Shown: positions 14,138 through 20,749 of the stretch, one piece after another
Layout: each line of letters opens with the position of its first letter
How positions within the stretch are numbered: position 1 is the first letter of the stretch
Origin: an uncultured Selenomonadales bacterium
GTDB lineage: Bacteria; Bacillota; Negativicutes; DSM-1736; Dendrosporobacteraceae
Direction: 5' to 3'
Assembly: GCA_946407015.1 (NCBI GenBank)
Contig: CAMJML010000019.1
Span: forward strand, 40,831-64,830
DNA: 24,000 nucleotides
Program-made: the position numbers and the translations under genes
The notes under the pieces: generated by a model
Told to the model about the DNA's origin: nothing
The model's input: only the letters and a program-made list of their open reading frames with translations
Databases searched by the model: none

Positions 14138-15664
14138 ATGACAGACAGAAAATTTACACGTCGTAATTTCATTAAGGCTTTAGGCGGGGCAAGTGTGGTT
14201 GGTGCCGGCGCTGTTGTGGCCGGCTGTGCCAGCGAACCGGCCGGTGGCAAAGGGTGGATGCCCAATCAATATAATGTTGCGGCCAACTGGCCGGTACAGG
14301 TTAAAGGCCGGGTGCCGATTGACAGCAGCAATCCGGCAATTGACCGGGATGACACCAAGTGCATTCTCTGCGGTCAGTGCCTCGAAGTGTGCAAAAATGT
14401 GGTGTCCGTATATGGCTACTATGAATTGCCGATCCAAAATGACATTACCTGTATCCATTGCGGCCAATGTACCATGTGGTGCCCGACAGGAGCCATTACC
14501 GAACGCAATGAGATCAAGAAGGTTCAAGCCGCATTAGCGAGTGCCGATCAGCATGTTATTGTGCAAACAGCGCCGGCCATCCGGGTGGCTTTGGGCGAGG
14601 AGTTCAATTTACCGCCAGGCAGCTTAGTGCAGGGCCAGCAGGTAACCGCCTTAAAAAAGGCCGGTTTTGATGCGGTCTTTGATACCAGTTGGAGTGCTGA
14701 TCTTACCATTATGGAAGAAGCCTCCGAGTTGATTAAGAGGCTGACCACAGGTAAAGCTTTGCCGCACTTTACTTCGTGCTGCCCGGGCTGGGTAAAGTTT
14801 GCCGAATATTTCTATGCCGACTTACAGCCCCATCTTTCCTCCTGTAAATCGCCACAGCAAATGCTGGGTGCTGTGGCTAAATCATACTATGCCAAAGAGA
14901 AAGGAATTGCGCCTGAACAAATTTTTTCCGTGGCAGTCATGCCGTGCACGGCGAAAAAATTTGAATGCCAGCGCCCGGAAATGAATGCGGCCGGCATTTT
15001 ACGGGGTAATCCGGCTATCCGTGATGTTGATGTTGTTTTAACAACCCGTGAGCTGGCCAATCTGTTAAAGTCGAATGGCATTGATCTGAGCCGCTTGGTC
15101 GACACACCTTATGATTCAGTACTTGGCGAGAGTACCGGAGCGGGAGTGATTTTTGGCGCCACCGGCGGGGTGACGGAAGCGGCGGTACGGACCGCTTACT
15201 ATCTGGTTACCCGTCAAGATCCGCCGGCTGCATTGCTGCAATGGGAAAATGTACGGGGATTGAAGGGCGTTAAAGAAGCCAGTGTTGAGCTTCCAGGGGT
15301 CGGGACAGTCAAAGTGGCGGTTTGCCACGGCCTCAGGGATGCCCGGGTGGTTCTCGAAAAGGTCCGCAAACAGCAGTCCGACTGGCACTTTATTGAGTTT
15401 ATGGCCTGCCCGGGCGGCTGTATTGGCGGCGGCGGTCAGCCCCGTACTTCGCTGCCGCCTTCGGATGAGGTACGCAAGGCCAGAATGGCAAATCTTTATA
15501 AGCTGGATGGAACAGCCGTCAAGCGGGCCAGTTACCAAAATAAAGAAGTGATGGACTTATATCAGAAATTTTTGCATGCTCCGCTCAGCGAGGAGTCGGA
15601 AAGCCTGCTGCATACCCATTATGTTGATCGTAGTCATCAACTAAAACCTAAAGAGAAAGTGTAA
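14138..15664 (+). CDS. Tat-exported [FeFe]-hydrogenase, large subunit fused to a small-subunit-like C-terminal domain; possible lipoprotein
   Basis: 508 aa. The Tat motif is TRRNFIK, followed by an h-region and VVAGC (lipobox-like). There are two 4Fe-4S motifs (CILCGQCLEVC, CIHCGQCTMWCP). The H-cluster motifs are FTSCCPGW, MPCTAKKFE and EFMACPGGCIGGGGQP. The C-terminal DLYQKFLHAPLSEESESLLHTHYVDRS parallels the separate small subunit at 19086. Confidence 0.9.
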   Translation: MTDRKFTRRNFIKALGGASVVGAGAVVAGCASEPAGGKGWMPNQYNVAANWPVQVKGRVPIDSSNPAIDRDDTKCILCGQCLEVCKNVVSVYGYYELPIQNDITCIHCGQCTMWCPTGAITERNEIKKVQAALASADQHVIVQTAPAIRVALGEEFNLPPGSLVQGQQVTALKKAGFDAVFDTSWSADLTIMEEASELIKRLTTGKALPHFTSCCPGWVKFAEYFYADLQPHLSSCKSPQQMLGAVAKSYYAKEKGIAPEQIFSVAVMPCTAKKFECQRPEMNAAGILRGNPAIRDVDVVLTTRELANLLKSNGIDLSRLVDTPYDSVLGESTGAGVIFGATGGVTEAAVRTAYYLVTRQDPPAALLQWENVRGLKGVKEASVELPGVGTVKVAVCHGLRDARVVLEKVRKQQSDWHFIEFMACPGGCIGGGGQPRTSLPPSDEVRKARMANLYKLDGTAVKRASYQNKEVMDLYQKFLHAPLSEESESLLHTHYVDRSHQLKPKEKV

Positions 15665-15675
15665 GGAGGGAGCGC

Positions 15676-16509
15676 ATGTCTAAAGGCGTTTTAGTTGATA
15701 TCACAAAATGTATTGGCTGTGGGAGCTGTACCGTAGCGTGTAAGATGTGGAATAAATTAGAATATGATCAAAATGTTTCCTCGATTGGTGAGACAGCCAA
15801 GCTCAACGATAAAAACTGGACGGTAGTGACCCGGACTTCTGCTCAGGATAGCAAAGGCCAGGCTGTTTGGCGTTTTGCCAAGCAGCAATGCATGCATTGC
15901 CTGGAGCCGGCCTGTGCATCGGCCTGTTTTTCACGGGCTTTGCAGCGCAATGCCGATGGTGCTGTGGAATATTACCCAGACCTTTGTGTGGGTTGCCGCT
16001 ATTGTATGATTGCCTGTCCGTTTGATGTGCCCAAATACGAATGGAGTAAAGCGGCACCGCTCATTACCAAATGCCAGCTTTGCTCAACGCGGGTGGCCAA
16101 AGGGGAAGCGCCGGCCTGTGTGGCGGTATGTCCCACCGGTGTCATGAAGTTTGGTGACCGCCAGGAGCTGTTGCAGGAAGCCCATCAACTCATTCGCCGG
16201 GAAGACCTGTATCTGAAAACCGTTTACGGTGAAAAAGAAGTAGGCGGTACATGCTGGCTGTATATTTCCGATATTCCGTTTGATCAGCTTGGCTTTAAGA
16301 GTGGTCTGGGGTCTGTGGCACTGCCTTCTTATACGCACAGCTTTTTAAAAAATGTTCCCATCATTGCGTTAGGGTGGGGTGTATTGCTGACCGGGATGTC
16401 GTTCTATGCCCGGCGCCGCAATGAGCTGGCTAAAGCCAGGCAAGAGCGGTTAGCAGGAAAAAATGGTGAGGGGGATGCAGATGCAGACGACTTCGATGAA
16501 GAGGCTTGA
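15676..16509 (+). CDS. 4-cluster iron-sulfur subunit with a C-terminal membrane anchor (HybA/NrfC/FdnH-like)
   Basis: 277 aa. The Cys groups are CIGCGSCTVAC, CMHCLEPACASAC, CVGCRYCMIACP and CQLC...CVAVCP. There is one hydrophobic helix (VPIIALGWGVLLTGMSFYA), then a charged tail. RBS AAGGAGGG. No signal peptide is present. Confidence 0.85.
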   Translation: MSKGVLVDITKCIGCGSCTVACKMWNKLEYDQNVSSIGETAKLNDKNWTVVTRTSAQDSKGQAVWRFAKQQCMHCLEPACASACFSRALQRNADGAVEYYPDLCVGCRYCMIACPFDVPKYEWSKAAPLITKCQLCSTRVAKGEAPACVAVCPTGVMKFGDRQELLQEAHQLIRREDLYLKTVYGEKEVGGTCWLYISDIPFDQLGFKSGLGSVALPSYTHSFLKNVPIIALGWGVLLTGMSFYARRRNELAKARQERLAGKNGEGDADADDFDEEA

Positions 16510-17659
16510 GCTGTTTGGCTGGAAGTTTACCATCACACCTGCCCGCAAAATCTTAACGATTATCGCCGCTTTAAGCATTGGGGCCATGGCAATCCGCCTG
16601 ATTACCGGCTTCAGTTTATTGACGAACTTGAATGATGACTGGCCCTGGGGGCTTTGGATTGCGTTTGACGTACTGACCGGGGTGGCATTAGCCGGAGGCG
16701 GCTATTCCACGGCTTTAATCGTGCATATTCTGCACCGCGACAAATATCATCCGGTAGCCAGGGGGGCGCTGTTGACATCCTTGCTGGGCTATATCCTGGT
16801 TATGGCCGGCTTATTTCTGGATATCGGTCAATGGTTTAATTTCTGGCGTCCCTTTGTTTCCTGGGGACATGCGTCGGTATTGTTTGAAGTCTTCTGGTGC
16901 ATCAGCATTTATACGACCATCCAGGTCCTTGAGTTCGGGGAAATTGTTACCGAGAAAATTGGTCTTCGGCTGCACCGGTTTTTCAAAAAAATCCTTCCTG
17001 TGCTCATGATTATCGGGGTGGTATTCCCGACCCTGCATCAGTCCTCTTTGGGCGCGTTGTTTTTGATTGCCGTCCACAAGGTATATCCATTATGGTGGAC
17101 GGAGTATCTGCCGGTATTTTTCCTGATGTCGTCTTTCTTCATCGGGCCGGCCATGGTCTGTGTCGAGTCAGCCTTGGCGGGGAAGTTTTTTGGTCATAAG
17201 GTTTCGCTTAATGTCCTGACCGGCCTGGCCCGCATTAGCGGTCGGATGATGGTATTGTACTTGGGGCTGAAAATTTATGATTTAATTGAACGGGGGCAAT
17301 GGCAGTTAGCCTTTTTAGGCAATCTTGAAGGCAATATGTTTTTGCTGGAAATGATTGCCGGGGTTGCGCTGCCAATCGGGATTGTCTTCAGCCGCTATGG
17401 CAAGACTCGCAAAGGGTTGCTGGTATACGGAGTATTGACCAGCGGCGGGGTGATCCTCAACCGGATGAACACGGTATTTACCTCAATGGTCAGTTATTCA
17501 AGCGGGGCCTACTTCCCGTCCATCTGGGAATTTATTGTTAGTATCGGCTTGATTGCAATTGGCTGTTTGTTATATAGTTTTATTGTTGAGAACTTTAATA
17601 TTTTCGATCATCATCCGTCTCAGCCTAAAGATGAAAATACGAAAAACCTGTCAGCATAA
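16481..17659 (+). CDS. NrfD/HybB/PsrC-family integral membrane (quinone-interacting) subunit
   Basis: The ORF 16463..17659 has candidate ATG starts at 16463, 16475, 16481 and 16496. I chose 16481, which is 6 nt after GAGGGGG. The protein is polytopic (about 8-10 hydrophobic helices by eye). The start overlaps the end of the FeS gene, suggesting translational coupling. Confidence 0.8.
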   Translation: MQTTSMKRLELFGWKFTITPARKILTIIAALSIGAMAIRLITGFSLLTNLNDDWPWGLWIAFDVLTGVALAGGGYSTALIVHILHRDKYHPVARGALLTSLLGYILVMAGLFLDIGQWFNFWRPFVSWGHASVLFEVFWCISIYTTIQVLEFGEIVTEKIGLRLHRFFKKILPVLMIIGVVFPTLHQSSLGALFLIAVHKVYPLWWTEYLPVFFLMSSFFIGPAMVCVESALAGKFFGHKVSLNVLTGLARISGRMMVLYLGLKIYDLIERGQWQLAFLGNLEGNMFLLEMIAGVALPIGIVFSRYGKTRKGLLVYGVLTSGGVILNRMNTVFTSMVSYSSGAYFPSIWEFIVSIGLIAIGCLLYSFIVENFNIFDHHPSQPKDENTKNLSA

Positions 17660-17670
17660 AAAAGCAAAAA

Positions 17671-17709
17671 AAGCAAGGGGGAAATGCACATTTCCCCCTT
17701 GCTTTTTTT
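17671..17709 (+). terminator. Strong rho-independent terminator separating the two hydrogenase operons
   Basis: A 14-bp stem AAGCAAGGGGGAAA / TTTCCCCCTTGCTT encloses loop TGCACA and is followed by TTTTT. Confidence 0.85.
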
Positions 17710-17813
17710 AGTTGCAAAACAAAGTTATCTTTTATAATAGTATTTATAAGATTCAGGCAATTTGCTACAATGAAGTTGCATTTTGAATACTCGTTCCGCT
17801 GAGGAGGCTTGTC

Positions 17814-19073
17814 ATGAAGGGATTTCAAGCTAATGAACAAACGAACATTATTGAAATTAACCGTAAGAAATGTAAAGGCTGTGATTCGTGCAAATCCTTC
17901 TGCCCGTCAGCTGCTATTCAAGGCAAATATGGAGCTATTCATTCGATTAATTCGGAACAATGTATATTTTGCGGACAATGTTTAATCAATTGTCCGTTTG
18001 GTTCAATCGAAGATACTGTCGATGCTGTGGAATCTGTTATAGCTAAGCTGCGCAATCAACAATTGACCGTTGTGGCGACGATTGCGCCGTCTGTCCGGGT
18101 CGCGATCGGCGAAGAGTTTGGCATGAAGCCGGGTACTTTAGCGACAGAACAGCTCTATGGAGCCTTAAAGCAAGCCGGGTTTAAAATTTTTGACACCAAT
18201 TTTGCCGCTGACCACACCATTATGGAGGAAGGCAGCGAGCTGATCGCTAAAATCCGCCATTATCTATTAGGAGAGCCGGCCGAGCATGAATTGGGTGCTT
18301 TGCCGCAGTTTACATCTTGCTGTCCGGGCTGGGTTCGTTATGTCGAACTGTATGCGCCGGAAATCCTCCCGCATTTGTCTTCCGCCAAATCCCCGATGAT
18401 GATGGCCGGAGCACTGGCTAAAACGTACGGTGCTACGGATATTTGGCATGTCCGGCCGGAAAACATGGTTGTTGTTGGAGTGATGCCCTGTACCAGTAAA
18501 AAATTTGAGGCCTCCCGGCCTGAGTTTAGCAGTGCGGCGCATTATTGGCAGCAGCGTGGCGGGACGGCACATTATCCTGATGTGGACGTTGTGCTGACAA
18601 CCCGTGATCTTGCCCGGCTATTTAAAAAGCTGAATATTGATCTCAATCAGGTAGAACCCTTTACGGATGCCGACAATCCATTGGCTCAATACAGCGGTGC
18701 CGGCACGATTTTCGGCAACACCGGCGGCGTGATGGAAGCCGCCCTCAGAACAGCTTATTTTGTGATTACCGGACAAGAGCTGCCTTTTCTGGAATATACG
18801 CCGGTGCGCGGTCTCAAAGGCCTGAAAGAGGCTGAGGTTACACTGAAGGATGCCAAGACCGGCAAGGTAATTAACTTAAAGGTGGCGGTTGTCCATGGCA
18901 TCAAAGAAAACTTGAAACCAGTGATCGAGCAAGTGGCGGCCGGGCGATCTCCTTACCATTTTATTGAGGTCATGAACTGTCCGGGAGGCTGTGTCAACGG
19001 GGGAGGTCAGCCTATTAATCCGATGGGAACCTCCTGGACCGGAAACTGGAAAGCGTTATTACCTTGGACATAG
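17814..19073 (+). CDS. hydA: Periplasmic-type [FeFe]-hydrogenase large subunit (no signal peptide)
   Basis: 419 aa. There are two 4Fe-4S motifs (CKGCDSCKSFCP, CIFCGQCLINCP). The H-cluster motifs are FTSCCPGW, MPCTSKKFE and EVMNCPGGCVNGGGQP. RBS GAGGAGG. The protein ends shortly after the H-cluster motif, as in Desulfovibrio HydA. Confidence 0.9.
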   Translation: MKGFQANEQTNIIEINRKKCKGCDSCKSFCPSAAIQGKYGAIHSINSEQCIFCGQCLINCPFGSIEDTVDAVESVIAKLRNQQLTVVATIAPSVRVAIGEEFGMKPGTLATEQLYGALKQAGFKIFDTNFAADHTIMEEGSELIAKIRHYLLGEPAEHELGALPQFTSCCPGWVRYVELYAPEILPHLSSAKSPMMMAGALAKTYGATDIWHVRPENMVVVGVMPCTSKKFEASRPEFSSAAHYWQQRGGTAHYPDVDVVLTTRDLARLFKKLNIDLNQVEPFTDADNPLAQYSGAGTIFGNTGGVMEAALRTAYFVITGQELPFLEYTPVRGLKGLKEAEVTLKDAKTGKVINLKVAVVHGIKENLKPVIEQVAAGRSPYHFIEVMNCPGGCVNGGGQPINPMGTSWTGNWKALLPWT

Positions 19074-19085
19074 GAGGGCAAGCCA

Positions 19086-19397
19086 ATGGCACATTATGAT
19101 TATGTAGAAAAAGCGGTCAATGTATCCAGGCGGGAATTTCTGGGGATGGTCGGAGTTGCCGGGGCTATTCTCTGGACAGGTGCCTATGCCGCAACCGATC
19201 TAGTGCAGGACCGCAATAAATATATTAAGATGCGGGCCCAGGGAATTTATAAAGATGACGTGAAGGCCAAAGTCAGGCAAAGTCATCATAATCCGGGGCT
19301 AAAGGACATGTATCAGAAATTTGCCGGTCAGCCGCTCAGCCCTTTGGCGGAAGAGTTGTTTCATACCCGCTATATTGACCGGACAAGGCTAGGTTAA
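19086..19397 (+). CDS. hydB: [FeFe]-hydrogenase small subunit with Tat signal peptide
   Basis: 103 aa. The Tat motif is SRREFLG, followed by an h-region ending AYA. The C-terminal DMYQKFAGQPLSPLAEELFHTRYIDRT matches the small-subunit signature. RBS AGGAGGG. Confidence 0.85.
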   Translation: MAHYDYVEKAVNVSRREFLGMVGVAGAILWTGAYAATDLVQDRNKYIKMRAQGIYKDDVKAKVRQSHHNPGLKDMYQKFAGQPLSPLAEELFHTRYIDRTRLG

Positions 19398-19427
19398 TGG
19401 ATTAATCAAAATTAGGGTGGTGATCTG

Positions 19428-20132
19428 ATGAGTCATCCTGAACAAGGACTGCGGGTCCTTAAACATTCCTTGCGTTCACGGCTGTTTCACTGGGGTTTGA
19501 TTTTAGGCTTTATGCCGGCTGCCATTACCGGGTTTATTCTGTGGCTCAAACTCGGCAGCGATGATTTTGTAAATTTGGCCATGAAGATTCATATTGTTGG
19601 GGCGGTCATTTTTACGGTGTCTTCCTTGCTGTATGTAATAGTTGCTTTTGACCGGGTAATCGCTTTTGTGAGGCTGATTTGGACCTGGGATGACCGGGAC
19701 ATCGGCTGGATGCTGACCGGGGGCGGGTATCCGCAAAAGATGCTGCTGGGTAAGGAAATTGATGTACCGCCGATGGATAAACTGAATTCAGGCCAGAAAA
19801 TTTTTGGGATTTGCGTGTCGATCGGCGGCCTGCTGCTCATTGTGACCGGCTGGATCTTATATTCCTTTATCCCGCTGGCACCCAAGGCTTTTATTCATGG
19901 AGCGGATTTGGTGCATATGGCTTTCGGGGTATTCTTAGGGCTATTCATGTTTGTGCATATTTTTCTGGGGCTTTATAACTGGAGTGAGTTTAAAGCCATG
20001 TTCGGCGATGGTACCCAGCTGCTTAGTGAAGTGGAGCATCATAATCCGCTTTATGCGGCTAACAAGTTGGAGAGGGCAACCCATCCTGATGCGGATGAGC
20101 CAATCGGGGTGCCTAGTTGTAAAGTTGAATAG
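19428..20132 (+). CDS. b-type cytochrome membrane subunit (HyaC/FdnI-like, 4 helices)
   Basis: 234 aa. Hydrophobic helices carry conserved His in LFHWGL, KIHIVG, LVHMAFG and FVHIFLG. RBS GGGTGGTGA. Confidence 0.8.
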   Translation: MSHPEQGLRVLKHSLRSRLFHWGLILGFMPAAITGFILWLKLGSDDFVNLAMKIHIVGAVIFTVSSLLYVIVAFDRVIAFVRLIWTWDDRDIGWMLTGGGYPQKMLLGKEIDVPPMDKLNSGQKIFGICVSIGGLLLIVTGWILYSFIPLAPKAFIHGADLVHMAFGVFLGLFMFVHIFLGLYNWSEFKAMFGDGTQLLSEVEHHNPLYAANKLERATHPDADEPIGVPSCKVE

Positions 20133-20142
20133 CATTTGTGAA

Positions 20143-20165
20143 ACCAGCTTGCGGGCTGGTTTTTT
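20143..20165 (+). terminator. Rho-independent terminator of hydrogenase operon 2
   Basis: ACCAGC-TTGCGG-GCTGGT is followed by TTTTT. Confidence 0.8.
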
Positions 20166-20185
20166 GTTTTGGGGAGTGTTTAGTT

Positions 20186-20321
20186 TGGTGCTGTGCCTTT
20201 TGTAGTTCGTTGGGGATGGCGGCGGGGAATTCTGCCGCTACGGACGTTCCTTACGCCGTTACCGGCAGCCAAGCTGCCGACGGCTGTAGTCACAAGTCCC
20301 GCGGCAGAAATCCCCGCCGCC
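20186..20321. repeat. Giant palindrome unit 1 (degenerate core, 21-bp outer stem)
   Basis: The outer stem pairs GGCGGCGGGGAATTCTGCCGC (20218-20238) with GCGGCAGAAATCCCCGCCGCC (20301-20321), with 1 mismatch. The inner left arm is identical to unit 2. The inner right arm has diverged by substitutions and small indels. Bases 20186-20279 form a direct repeat of 20411-20498. Confidence 0.75.
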
Positions 20322-20364
20322 AGTGCCGTGGGTTTATCTTTTTTAATACCTTTTCCTCCAGTAG

Positions 20365-20385
20365 CCTTTGTGTCCTCTGCGATTC
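20365..20385. repeat. Solo right-arm fragment of the 9-bp-module repeat family
   Basis: CCTTTGTGTCCTCTGCGATTC has the reverse complement GAATCGCAGAG GACACAAAG G, which matches the arm modules of copies A and C. Confidence 0.4.
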
Positions 20386-20410
20386 AATAATCATTCCTTT
20401 GTGCTTAATA

Positions 20411-20558
20411 TGGTGCCTTTTTAGTTCGCTGGGGGTGGTGACGGGGAATTCTGTCGCTACGGACGTTCCTTACGCCGTTACCGGCAGCCAAGCTGCCGGT
20501 AACGGCGTAGGGAACGTCCGTAGCAGTGGATTTTGCTGCCGCCGGCAATAAGCGAACT
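20411..20558. repeat. Giant palindrome unit 2 (33-bp near-perfect stem, 3-nt loop, within a roughly 136-bp imperfect palindrome)
   Basis: Bases 20456-20488 (GCTACGGACGTTCCTTACGCCGTTACCGGCAGC), loop CAA, and 20492-20524 form 32 Watson-Crick pairs plus one T:G (20470:20510). The outer flanks AGTTCGCT (20423-20430) and AGCGAACT (20551-20558) also pair. Confidence 0.8.
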
Positions 20559-20660
20559 TAGTGTGTCAAGCCCTTTTTTAATTTCTCGTTTTTATCTTGT
20601 TCATATATTATCGATTCAACATGCATATACTAACTTTATGGATTCGGGGAATGGACGTTT

Positions 20661-20689
20661 TTGACTTATTGGGATTTGTCTGTTAAAAT
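20661..20689 (+). promoter_or_regulatory. Promoter TTGACT-N17-(TGt)TAAAAT for secA
   Basis: Hexamers and the extended -10 TG were read directly from the sequence. Confidence 0.55.
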
Positions 20690-20749
20690 TCTACAATAGG
20701 GATAATAATGCATATTATTAAAAATGTGCCAATTTGGGAGTGATACTGG

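Noticed and set aside
14193-14537. Alternative-frame ORFs within the first hydrogenase gene (14193..14537, 14799..14984, 15282..15551)
   Set aside because: They lie in GC-rich coding sequence where off-frame ORFs are expected. They have Arg/Ala/Pro-rich composition and no RBS. The main frame carries all the hydrogenase motifs.
20138-20551. 137-aa ORF (and the overlapping 65-aa ORF 20193..20390) spanning the region between the cytochrome b gene and secA
   Set aside because: It is read straight through the two giant palindromes. The repeated peptide GNSxATDVPYAVTGSQAA simply mirrors the DNA direct repeat. A second frame is also open (20193..20390), there is no RBS, and it starts inside a terminator. 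It is best explained as a repeat artefact.
20186-20558. CRISPR array, or a DGR template/variable repeat pair, or a retron msr/msd
   Set aside because: Only two units are present, and each is itself a long palindrome. There is no regular repeat-spacer periodicity, and there are no cas or reverse-transcriptase genes in the window. Differences between the two direct repeats are mixed transitions rather than adenine-specific.
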